Assembly: GCA_002269645.1 (NCBI GenBank)
Contig: NIVC01000519.1
Coordinates: 1-50,911, forward strand
Direction of reading: 5' to 3'
Source of the DNA: Macrostomum lignano
Lineage: Eukaryota
Length of the DNA: 50,911 bases
Every line of letters begins with the position of its first letter. Position 1 is the stretch's first letter. Positions 1 through 10,252 of this stretch are shown here, piece by piece. The notes below the pieces were generated by a model. That model made no database searches and had not been told where the DNA came from. It saw only the letters and a program-made list of their open reading frames with translations. Both the position numbers and the translations under genes were made by a program.

Positions 1-67
1 AGACTCTAGCGCCGTGACCCTGTTCGATTCTACAGATAATTTGGGGCGGCGCGACCCCCTTCCGGAG
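1..67 (-). mobile_element. Left piece of non-LTR retrotransposon remnant split by the Gypsy insertion
   Basis: Matches 12171-12237. The uninterrupted copy reads ccggag|agtccag, and 4314 onward continues with agtccag. Confidence 0.7.
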
Positions 68-939
68 TGTTGTGTTCTAATTAACACAGAGAGTTTCTTT
101 GATTGAAGCTTTCTCGGCGAGACACAAATCTCGCTCACAATACACTCAGCAACATTTAAAACGCAACACTCTAACTAGAAGAAAAATCAACTCACTCAGA
201 AGAGTCAAAGCGCATAGTCTATGGTTCAAATCGAGCTTCAGAAACGCGTGTAGCTTCCTCTCGCAAGTAACAGGGCGATGACTATGGACTGTTTTCAGAT
301 AAAGTGATCCAGCTGAGAGAATGGTTCAACAGATGACAGACGCGGAAAGATGGCGAGCAGTCGGAATGTTGGAAGCAGGTTGTACTCTTCGAACAACAGC
401 TGTTGTACTGCGAAGTTGGTGAAGCACCGTACCTTTTCTCGCGTGAGCCACGCTTCCAGTGGCTCTGCTCTTCTGTAGCAGACGTAAAACTGTTGAAGGC
501 GACCTCCCGAAGTGGTTCGCAACTGTTCGAAGAGTACAACCTGCTTCCAACATTCGACTGCTCGCCATCTTTCCGCGTCTGTTATCTGTTGAACCATTCT
601 CTCAGCTGGATCACTCTATCTGAAAACAGTCCATAGTCATCGCCCTGTTACTTGCGAGAGGAAGCTACACGCGTTTCTGAAGCTCGATTTGAACCATAGA
701 CTATGCGCTTTGACTCTTCTGAGTGAGTTGATTTTTCTTCTAGTTATAGTGTTGCGTTTTAAATGTTGCTGAGTGTATATTTATAGAGGTGAAACTCCTA
801 CTTGCACGTTGCATTGCCAAATCGATACGCAATCACCTACTCATTCTAGTCTGAGTACAATATACGCCCACGCATTCAATAAGGTCAATAGTTAATTGTC
901 AGTGGTCAGTTCATTGCGCAAGCATTGTCAATCACAACA
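68..939 (-). repeat. 3' LTR of the Gypsy element (about 235 bp once the nested Tc1 derivative is removed)
   Basis: On minus it starts TGTTGTG at 939, directly after the PPT, and ends CACAACA at 68. TATA-like CTATAAATA at 786-778. Confidence 0.85.
143..775. mobile_element. Non-autonomous Tc1/mariner fold-back element
   Basis: TA duplications at 141-142 and 776-777. Inverted arms 143-395 and 524-775 start CACTCAGCAACATTTAAAACG. Both arms carry a Tc1-type N-terminal HTH start (MVQQxTDAERWRAVGMLEAGCTLRT), extended on minus as VANHFGRSPSTVLRLLQKSRATGSV. Confidence 0.88.
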
Positions 940-952
940 TTCTCCCCCCTTC
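940..952 (-). other. Polypurine tract (plus-strand primer) of the Gypsy element
   Basis: Minus-strand purine run GAAGGGGGGAGAA abutting the TG start of the LTR. Confidence 0.85.
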
Positions 953-1003
953 GGAAGAGGATAACGCGCCGGTTGCCGTCGAGCTCGAGTTGACCTTCGA
1001 AGT

Positions 1004-2040
1004 TCAGGTGGAGGTGGCGGCTCGCCCGTCCGTGGGGGCGGAGCCGGCGCAGCGGCAAATCGAACAGTCGTCCTCTTGGTCGGCCGCGCCGTTGTCAGCC
1101 GGTGGGCTGTTGCACTTAACCAGCCGACTCGCTTGCCACTTTGTACCGTCGGACAGCACGAAGGTGTTGCGCCCTGCTGGGGAGGCGATCTTTAGCGGTT
1201 CCTTCAGTCGGGTCGCCAGCTTGTGCGCTCGGTGCGGCGTCTGTCGCCAGACCCAGTCTCCGGCCTGGAGCATAGAGTCACGAGCTCGCCTTCGCTTGTT
1301 GGTGTAGTCGGCATTCTTGGCTTGCCTCTGTGCGATACTGTCTCGCAGGTCGCTGTCGTCCCGCTGTTGCACTGGAGTTGGCCTGAGCAGCTGCAGTCCG
1401 GACCGCAGCTTGCGCCCGATCATCAGCTCGGCTGGAGTCAGCCCGGTGAGAGCGTGCTGGCTGGTCCTGTAGGTCTTGAGCACCAGGTCGATGGCGTCCT
1501 CGAACTTCGCTCCCGCCCTCAGGTTCGCTGCCAGGCCCTCCTTCAGACTCCGGTTGAATCGCTCGACTCCGCCGTTGCCTTGCGGGTAGTACCGGCTCAC
1601 TCGGCTGTGCTTGATGCCCTCGGCTCGCAGGAACTCTTCGAACTCGTCGCTGACGAACTGGGGTCCGTTGTCGCTGATCAGCATCTTCGGGACCCACCGG
1701 CCGAATAGCTTCCGAAGCGTCTTGATGATGTTGGCAGAGGTGACGGTTTCCATGGCTGCAATCTCCGGCCACTTGCTGTACAGGTCGTGGATCACCAGTA
1801 GAAACCGCTGGTGTCGAGGAGCCGCGGCGACCTCGCCGAAGATGTCGATCTCGACCTTGTCCCACGGTCCATCTGGCCACTCGATTGGTGTCACGATCGT
1901 CTGTTGAGGCTTGCCGGACTTCTCCGCCAGAGTGCAGACCGTGCAGTTCTTGACGTAGTCCTCCACCTGCCGGTCAATTCCAGGAAACCAGACCGTGTCG
2001 CGGCACCGCTGCTTTGACCGAACGACCCCGGATGCCCTTC
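1004..2040 (-). pseudogene. Gypsy integrase (frameshifted within the HHCC zinc finger)
   Basis: HEGHPG / CTVC zinc finger. DDE motifs EIDIFG, LISDNGPQF and GGVERFNRSLK are intact. Confidence 0.92.
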
Positions 2041-3336
2041 GTGGGCCTCCTCGATGACTTGAAGTCGCAGGCTCGTCGGAATGATCGCGCGTTCACCACG
2101 ACCGAGGCACTGACCGTTGTTCCAGCAGAACAGCTCGTCTCGGACGTTGAAGTACGGCTTTAGAGAGCTGTCCACCTTCGTTGGCCAGCCGCCCGAGATG
2201 TACCGCAAAACCGCCTGCAGCACTTCGTCCTCCTTGGTCGCCGTTGCCAGTGCGTGCGTCTGCCGTCAGCGTTGTCTTTTGAGTCGACGACCTGCGTAGA
2301 CGTAGCTCCTCTCGTCGGTCTCCTCGGCTGGAACGCACCCCGTCGTGGCCCATCTGGACAGCATGTCGCGCACTTGTTGTCAGCGCCAGGGATGTGCTCA
2401 AACCCATCGATGAGTCTCTCGACCCATCGATGAATGCGAAGAGGCCTGTGCCCCATGCCTTTCGAGTCGAGCAGAGTTGTCAGGGCCTTGTGGTCGTGTG
2501 CGCAGCGTTACTCGTCTGCCGTATAGATAGTAGTGCCAGCGTTCGATGCTCCATACACAGGCCAGGGCTTCTCGCTCTCCGGCTGAGTATCGCTTTTCCG
2601 CTGGGCTGAGTGCTCTCGATGCGAACGCGATTGGCACCTCTTTTTCGTTTTGTACTTGGCTGAGCACTGCCCCCAGTCCGTCTAGACTTGCATCGCAGGT
2701 GACGTACGTCTCAGCTTGGCAGTCAAAATGAGCTAACACTGGGCTGCTGGTTACGGCTGACTTGAGTGTACGGAAGGCTGTACGTTCCCGCTCACCCCAG
2801 TGCCAGTCCGCGTCCTTTTTGAGCAGTTGTCTCAGAGGCTCGGCAATTGCTGAGTAATGCAGTATGAACTTGTGCAAAAAGTTCACTGCCCCGAGAAACG
2901 ATTGAATTTGCGCGACCGTTGATGGCTCAGGAATTCTTAGAATTGCGTCGACGTTGGACTTGGTCGGTTTGATGCCGTCTGCAGAGATGACCAATCCGAA
3001 GAAATCCACGCTCGCCTGCCGGAATTTGCACTTCTCTCGATTGAGTGTGAAGCCTTCGCGATGAATCCGCCCTAGGACTTCTCGGAGGTTCTTGTCGTGC
3101 TCAGTCTCGTCCTTGCCGTGCACCAGGATGTCGTGCACGATGTTGATGGCGCCAGGAGCTCCTCGAAGCACCGTCTGCAGGGCTCGCTGGAAGGCAGCTC
3201 CGGAGCTAGATAGCCGAATGGCACCACGGTGAACTGGTACAGGCCGGCATCGGTGATGAAGCACGTCAGTCCTCGAGAGTCTGGATGCAGCGGAATCTGC
3301 TGGTAGCCTTGACGCAGGTCCAGCTTGCTGAAGCAC
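1891..3336 (-). pseudogene. Gypsy RT C-terminus, RNase H and linker (several frameshifts)
   Basis: NIVHDILVHG (degenerate xDD), FLGAVNF, TCDASLDGLGAVLSQ, PIAFASRAL, YSAGEREALACVW. Spread over ORFs 2398-3336 and 1891-2223. Confidence 0.92.
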
Positions 3337-4277
3337 TTCGAGCCGTTGATGCTGGCCGATAGGTCCTCGATTGACGGTACCGGATAGCGGTCCGCGATCA
3401 CCGCCTTGTTGACCTGCCGCAGATCCACGCAGAGACGAACCTTGTTGGACTCCTTCTTGCGCGTCACGACAACGTTGCTAACCGACTCGGACGCGTCGAC
3501 CTTCTCAATGATGCCCTGTTGCTCCATCCGGCTGATCTCTGACGTCACTTCGTCCTTCAGGCCGATCGGCAGCTTCCGCATTGGCTGAGACACTGGCTTG
3601 ACCGAGGCGTCGATCTTTGTCCGGTGAATGAAGCTCTTGGACCGGCCCAGACCGTCGAAGATTCCGGGGAAGTCGCGCTCGATCGTAGTCTCGCTGATGC
3701 TCATCACTCTGTTGTCACCTTGGAAGATTTTGAATCCGAGGGCCTGAAACAGGTCGCGGCCCAGGATGTTCGCTCCTTTGTCGGCGACGTAGAATGTGGC
3801 TTCTGTCCTGATGCCGTTGAACGTCACTGGAAGCTCGACTTTGCCGATGGTCTTGATCGCAGATCCGCCGTATGCCTTCAGTTTTGTGCTCGTCGGAAGC
3901 AGCGGGTGCCTAGCGAAGGACTTCTTGAACGTCTCCATGTTGAGCAACGAAACGGCAGCACCGCAGTCGATTTGCAGTCGAATCAGCTGTCCGTCCAGAC
4001 GGCATTCGCAGAATAAGCTGTCTGTGCTCTTGTTGTTCACGGCCAGGACCGTCAGGCTGGACTCTGCAGGCTTTTTGGTGTCGATCGCAGAGACCGCTTT
4101 CATGCGGCACATTTTCGCGAAATGGTTCGTCTTGCCGCATCGTCTGCATTTCTGGCCCATCGCCTTGCATTCGCCCTTGTGTCCGTGGTTGCCTCCGCAT
4201 CGAGTGCACTTTGGACCTGCTGCTGCGGTCTTCTCATGGCGAGCAGCTGGCTTCGGCTTCTTGCTCAGCGCCTTCAC
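3072..4277 (-). pseudogene. Gypsy gag C-terminus, aspartic protease and RT N-terminus
   Basis: Cys/His knuckles CTRCGGNHGH and CRRCGKTNHFAKMC; protease LQIDCGAAVSLL and ILGRD; RT motifs VRLCVDLRQVN, KLDLRQGYQQI and PFG. Confidence 0.93.
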
Positions 4278-4313
4278 GTGGAGCTCTGGGCCGCTGACCA
4301 GCCGCTGACGGAG

Positions 4314-4620
4314 AGTCCAGAAGGTGGATAGTCGCTCGCCCGGTAACCCTTAGGTAGTGGACGAACTAGCAAATATTCTCGGGCCGAAAACGTCGGAGAG
4401 GTCCGGGTTTGGGCCGAGGTTGGTGAGCCTGTCCTGGGTAAAGGCGGGGCGTTCCCAGATGAAGTGCCATGACCCCTGATGTCCCTGCGGTCGAGTCCAA
4501 TCAACAAGATTTTAATAGTCGCCAAACTGGCTCGCGACTTGTTATACCGGAACACGTCTGAACCAGTTTGTTGAAATCCACGCCAAATTTTATGATTTGC
4601 TCGCAATAATACAGAGACGG
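4314..4620 (-). mobile_element. 3' remnant of non-LTR retrotransposon ORF2 (I/LOA/R1-like C-terminus)
   Basis: Minus-strand frames give ILLIGLDRRDIRG and HFIWERPAFTQDRLTNLG...LSDVFG, resembling the LINE C-terminal H-x3-C-P-A zinc knuckle region (C changed to R). Confidence 0.55.
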
Positions 4621-5060
4621 GAGGGACAAGTCACAGCGAACTGGGGACTGAGGCTTCGCTAAAATCATGACAAAGGATGAAATAAATTGAAGAAGACTTC
4701 AAATCGTGCTACTAACAGTAGAATGACTGGAAGCAGAAATTCATGAGCGATTATATACGATAAAAGTGCGTCCACAACGCGTTAAGTGAGAGACTAATGT
4801 GCATTCAAGAACGACACAAGTACTTGAGTCTACACGAGTCGTCCTGATTACAGGAAGTACAGTAGGTTGACACTACACCTCAATTATTTTATCGTCAACT
4901 GGCTGGCTCTTCCACTTAGTAAACACAAAGTAAATGAAGCAATTAAAATTCGAGCGCATGTTTTGCCAAAGCGATTTTGGTAGCTTTTAATCTGCTGTCA
5001 TTTTTTTAACACGCCTTCACATAAAATATTTCTTTCGAATTACTCTGACATACAGAGCAG

Positions 5061-5348
5061 TTACAGCTTGATGCAGCTGATGATCTGGATGGCGCTGCCG
5101 CCGCACTTGTTGGCCAGGCAGCCGGCCAGCTGGCTGATGTTGGTGCCGTGGGCGAAGTAGCAGGAGGCCAGGTTGGAGATCAGGCAGTTCACGGAGCTGA
5201 TGCCGTTCTGCTTCAAGCAGTTGGTGTCGATGCTGATCACGGGAACGACCTCGTGAATGATGTCGTTCACGACCTCGTTCTTCTGCTCCGGAGTGTAGGC
5301 GGCGGCGGCGAAGGCCACGAGAGCGAACAGGCAGACGACGTTGTACAT
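5061..5348 (-). CDS. Small secreted six-cysteine protein, 95 aa, copy 1
   Basis: Intronless ORF with strongly GC3-biased codons and GCCATG start context. Signal peptide MYNVVCLFALVAFAAAA; mature Cys at 44, 55, 63, 77, 82, 92. Frame conserved in copy 2. Confidence 0.88.
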   Translation of the reverse strand: MYNVVCLFALVAFAAAAYTPEQKNEVVNDIIHEVVPVISIDTNCLKQNGISSVNCLISNLASCYFAHGTNISQLAGCLANKCGGSAIQIISCIKL

Positions 5349-5407
5349 GGCTGCTGAGCTGGGTGCTTTGGTTGCTGGCTTCTTGAGACTGGCTGCTGGG
5401 TTGAGTT

Positions 5408-5449
5408 GCTGATTGGGTCTCGGGCTCGGTCGCTGGGCTCTCATTTATG
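5408..5449 (-). promoter_or_regulatory. Putative core promoter of peptide gene copy 1
   Basis: Minus-strand CATAAAT (5449-5443) about 30 nt upstream of an Inr-like TCAGC (5412-5408). Conserved in copy 2 (13377-13371). Confidence 0.5.
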
Positions 5450-6351
5450 GTGCGCTTGTGCCGCTGCATTTTGTGATATCTTTGCAGCAGTCAACAGAAG
5501 CAAAAGTGCACTGCATGGGAAATTTCATACTGTCCAACTGCCTGTCAATAGCTGTTAGCTTGAAAATTTCCACGTATGAGCACTTTTTAAGCTCTCACAG
5601 ATAGGGGCTGGCAGTTTACCTAACCAAGCCCGTTGGAACCAGTAGTTTTATCACTGTCGGGACTTGAGGAACTGTCGGTCCGTATATGGGATGTACCAGC
5701 GTATCAGAAGGTATCAATATTTTTTAACGTTGTCGATACAGCATGCGCGCAAGAAAGAGCATTTAAAATATGCAATAACTTCAAACGTCAGAATATTCAG
5801 AGCAAAACGCCAGCTGAAGAATACTGACGCAGCAGGCATCCTACCGGCGCGGACAAACGCATACTTTCGTCGACTGGCCTGCTAGCGAACGCCGGCGCCC
5901 CGCATTCCGTATGCATTGCGGCGGGTTCTGCTACCACCGAAGCCCTGAGACGGGCCCTGTGATGCTGTTAGGACTGTCTAGGTTTGATCCGTCAGCGTAT
6001 TTCGCTGTTGTCGTTGTTACTGAATGACTTTATTGTTGGGTGCTTAGGATCATCTTATTCAAGGTTTATCAATAGTAAAGACCAAAGGCTGGTGTGAGCC
6101 GTCCCCGTGCGCTGCGCGCTCTTGTCAGCCCCGCTGTTCAATGTACTCTCTCTCCCGCCAGCCAACTTAACCCTTCCAACCCCCACCCCATTCAGTTCTT
6201 CTCTCTTCTGCAGCCGATCGGCTTGAGCTTCGGCCCTTCTAGCAATATGTACATCGTATTGCATATCGATCGATCACAATATATAATAGGACGCAAGGCT
6301 AAGTGGAAGCCTGAGCTTTTTCCATTCGCTATTAATTGAGCCTTTACAGCT

Positions 6352-8427
6352 GGGATCATCAGCAACCTTTTAGCAACCCTTGGATCATCAGCAACCTTTT
6401 AGCAACCCTTGGATCATCAGCAACCTTTTAGCAACCCTTGGATCATCAGCAACCTTTTAGCAACCCTTGGATCATCAGCAACCCTTGGATAATCAGCAAC
6501 CCTTGGATCATCAGCAACCCTTGGATCATCAGCAACCCTTGGATCATCAGCAACCCTTGGATCATCAGCAACCCTTGGATCATCAGCAACCCTTGGATCA
6601 TCAGCAACCCTTGGATCATCAGCAACCCTTGGATCATCAGCAACCCTTGGATCATCAGCAACCCTTGGATCATCAGCAACCCTTGGATCATCAGCAACCC
6701 TTGGATCATCAGCAACCCTTGGATCATCAGCAACCCTTGGATCATAAGCAACCCTTGGATCATCAGCAACCCTTGGATCATCAGCAACCCTTGGATCATC
6801 AGCAACCCTTGGATCATCAGCAACCCTTGGATCATCAGCAACCCTTGGATCATCAGCAACCCTTGGATCATCAGCAACCATCAACAATCATCGGCAATAA
6901 TCAACAATCATCAGCAATCATCAGCAATCATCAGCAATCATCAGCAATCATCAGCAATCATCAGCAACCTTTTAGCAACCCTTGGATCATCAGCAATCAT
7001 CAGCAATCATCATCAATCATCAGCAATCATCAGCAATCATCAGCAATCATCAGCAATCATCAACAATCATCAGCAATCATCAGCAATCATCAGCAATCAT
7101 CAGCAATCATCAGCAATCATCAGCAATCATCAGCAATCATCAGCAATCATCAGCAATCATCAGCAATCATCAGCAATCATCAGCAATCATCAACAATCAT
7201 CAGCAATCATCAGCAATCATCAGCAATCATCAGCAATCATCAGCAATCATCAGCAATCATCAGCAACCTTTTAGCAACCCTTGGATCATCAGCAATCATC
7301 AGCAATCATCATCAATCATCAGCAATCATCAGCAATCATCAGCAATCATCAGCAACCTTTTAGCAACCCTTGGATCATCAGCAATCATCAGCAATCATCA
7401 TCAATCATCAGAAATCATCAGCAATCATCAGCAATCATCAACAATCATCAGCAATCATCAACAATCATCAACAATCATCGGCAATCATCAACAATCATCA
7501 ACAATCATCGGCAATCATCAACAATCATCAGCAGTCATCAACAATCATCGGCAATCATCAACAATCATCAACAATCATCAACAATCATCAGCAATCATCA
7601 ACAATCATCAGCAGTCATCAAAAATCATCAGCAATCATCAGCAATCATCAGCAATCATCAGCAATCATCAGCAATCATCATCAATCATCAGCAATCATCA
7701 GCAATCATCAGCAATCATCAACAATCATCAACAATCATCGGCAATCATCAACAATCATCAACAATCATCAGCAGTCATCAAAAATCATCAACAATCATCG
7801 GCAGTCATCAGCAATCATCAGCAATCATCAGCAATCATCAGCAATCATCAGCACTCATCAACAATCATCGGCAATCATCAACAATCATCAACAATCATCA
7901 AAAATCATCAGCAATCATCAGCAATCATCAGCAATCATCAGCAATCATCAGCAATCATCAACAATCATCAGCAATCATCATCGATCATCAGCAATCATCA
8001 GCAATCATCAGCAATCATCAGCAATCATCAGCACTCATCAACAATCATCATCGATCATCAGCAATCATCAGCAATCATCAGCAATCATCAGCACTCATCA
8101 ACAATCATCGGCAATCATCAACAATCATCAACAATCATCAACAATCATCAACAATCATCAACAATCATCGGCAATCATCAACAATCATCAGCAATCATCA
8201 GCAATCATCAGCAATCATCAACAATCATCGGCAATCATCAGCAATCATCAGAAATCATCAGCAATCATCATCGATCATCAAAAATCATCGGCAATCATCA
8301 GCAATCATCAACAATCATCAGCAATCATCATCGATCATCAGCAATCATCAGCAATCATCAGCAATCATCAGCAATCATCAGCAATCATCAGCAATCATCA
8401 GCAATCATCAGAAATCATCAGCAATGA
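6352..8427. repeat. Compound satellite: 18-mer CATCAGCAACCCTTGGAT followed by 10-mer CAGCAATCAT
   Basis: Direct tandem repeats. They account for the long low-complexity ORFs in this interval. Confidence 0.97.
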
Positions 8428-8457
8428 TTAAAAGAAGTTAAAAGTGAGACAATATAT

Positions 8458-8463
8458 TTTATT
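8458..8463 (-). other. Duplicated polyadenylation signal of the CEP76 3'UTR copy
   Basis: AATAAA on minus, equivalent to 16028-16033. Confidence 0.45.
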
Positions 8464-8827
8464 TCATCAGATTTTCTGCCCTAAACTGCATGGCTAAAAA
8501 AACTAAACAATAAGAAAAAAACTAACTGTAACATGTATTTCACAGAAATAGTGGAATATTATATTGAGAAACAAAAGAAAAAATATGAATAAGAAAGAAG
8601 TACTTGAAGAAAAGTACATTTTGTTGCATGAAAAAATGTACTTCTAATTGGTCAGATTCAATTAAACTCGATTAAAAGTCGGATGCTGTTCTGAATTTCT
8701 GCACACAAGTGGCCGGCCCTTCATGTGCAGCAAATCACAACAGATTTAGGTGGATAAATAACATGAGTGAATGAGCAGCTCTACAGATTGTTAGCTGAAC
8801 TCGTAGATCAAGCAGCACATCAAGCAC

Positions 8828-9010
8828 TCACAACGCGGCCTGATAGGTGCAGCCGATCATGAGCCAGGTGGCGCAGGCTGACTCAGCGTAACACACCACC
8901 CGAGCCCGGGCGCACAGCCGCACCCGGTCGCCGCGGCAGAACACCACCTCCCGGCCGACCGGCGACCGGAGAGCAGCGGCCAGGGCCCGGCGCGGGTCCC
9001 GGTGCAGAAC
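8828..9010 (-). pseudogene. CEP76: Second, intact copy of the CEP76 terminal exon
   Basis: Appears identical to 16397-16579: acceptor ccag, VLHRDPRR...CTYQAAL and TGA. Confidence 0.85.
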
Positions 9011-9036
9011 CTGGATTAGGGCGATCGATTAATGGT

Positions 9037-9594
9037 CTAGTCACTCCTGACACATTCCAGTCACTCCTGACACATTTCAGTCACTTTTGACACATTCCAG
9101 TCACTCCTGACACATTCTAGTCACTTCTGACACATTCTAGTCACTTCTGACACATTCCAGTCACTTCTGACACATTCCAGTCACTTCTGACACATTCCAG
9201 TCACTCCTGACACATTCCAGTCACTCCTGACACATTCCAGTTACTCCTGACACATTCTAGTCACTTCTGACACATTCCAGTCACTCCTGGCACATTCTAG
9301 TCACTCCTGACACATTCTAGTCACTTCTGACACATTCCAGTCACTCCTGACATATTCTAGTCACTTCTGACACATTCTAGTCATACCACACCACCTCCCG
9401 GCCGACCGGCGACCGGAGAGCAGCGGCCAGGGCCCGGCGCGGGTCCCGGTGCAGAACCTGGATTAGGGCGATCGATTAATGGTCTAGTCACTCCTGACAC
9501 ATTCCAGTCACTCCTGACACATTCTAATCACTCCTGACACATTGTAGTCACTTCTGACATATTCTAGTCACTCCTGACACATTCCGGTCACTCA
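9037..9594. repeat. 20-mer minisatellite TCACTCCTGACACATTCTAG, split by a partial exon copy
   Basis: Tandem units at 9037-9384 and 9484-9594. Same family as 16606-17335. Confidence 0.95.
9388..9457 (-). pseudogene. CEP76: Third, truncated copy of the CEP76 terminal exon (5' part only)
   Basis: Encodes VLHRDPRRALAAALRSPVGREVV with the acceptor and flanking intron retained. Confidence 0.85.
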
Positions 9595-9597
9595 GTA

Positions 9598-9825
9598 TCA
9601 TCCAGTCCTTTTAGTCCTCCTAGTCATCCTAATCCTTTTAGTCCTCCTAGTCATCCTAATCCTTTTAGTCCTCCTAGTCATCCTAATCCTTTTAGTCCTC
9701 CTAGTCATCCTAATCCTTCTAATCCCTTTAGTCCTCCTAACCCTCCTAATCCTTTTAGTCCTCCTAATCCTCCTAATCCTTCTAGCCCTCCTAGTCCTTC
9801 TAATCATCCCGATCCTCCTAAACCG
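9598..9825. repeat. 27-mer (9-mer based) repeat GTCATCCTAATCCTTTTAGTCCTCCTA
   Basis: Direct tandem repeats. Confidence 0.9.
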
Positions 9826-10114
9826 TGTTGATTTTAGTGGTTTAATAACCGCTTGGCAAGTCTTTTATCTAATTGCCATGAATGGACAAAAGTCTTTATT
9901 TTCAATTGCGTACAGTACTGATTCTTGTACTTTGAGTAGCATGAGCGAATGCTCCTACTTAAATTGCTTGCTTGTCACAGAAAAAAGAACTGCAAGATTT
10001 CAGCTAGCTCGTAATAAAGAGTTTTAAGGCCCAGTGCTTTTTACTGTGTTTTGAGTATAGTAAATAATCAAAATGGGGCAAGGACCCTAGAGCGTTTTCC
10101 TTGAAGCGACAAGC

Positions 10115-10252
10115 TACGACTTCACGTCACTAACCGCACAACAGTATTTGTCTCTCGTGTCGCAGACGGCATGACAGAAATACTACGACTTCACGTCACT
10201 AACCGCACAACAGTATTTGTCTCTCGTGTCGCAGAGGGCATGACAGAAATAC
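10115..10252. repeat. 69-bp tandem duplication (2 copies)
   Basis: TACGACTTCACGTCACTAACCGCAC starts at 10115 and again at 10184. Confidence 0.9.

Larger units (their letters stand above)
68..4313 (-). mobile_element. Ty3/Gypsy LTR retrotransposon, degraded; 5' LTR and most of gag missing
   Basis: Domain order gag zinc knuckle-protease-RT-RNaseH-integrase on the minus strand, PPT, one LTR with TG..CA ends, and CGGAG at both junctions (63-67, 4309-4313). Confidence 0.95.
1..9594. repeat. Segmental duplication, left unit (begins before the window; interrupted by Gypsy 68-4313)
   Basis: 1-67 plus 4314-~9380 align colinearly to 12171-~17335: LINE remnant, peptide gene, satellite, CEP76 last exon and 20-mer minisatellite. 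Confidence 0.93.

Noticed and set aside
1223-1907. Overlapping and antisense ORFs across the integrase, and likewise over CEP76 and TRPC exons
   Set aside because: Shadow ORFs expected from GC3-rich coding sequence.
6417-8441. Long ORFs (up to 481 aa; HQQSSAIISN, DHQQPL), and the same at 14687-16011
   Set aside because: They are translations of stop-free 10-mer and 18-mer satellites, open in all three frames, with no coding signature.
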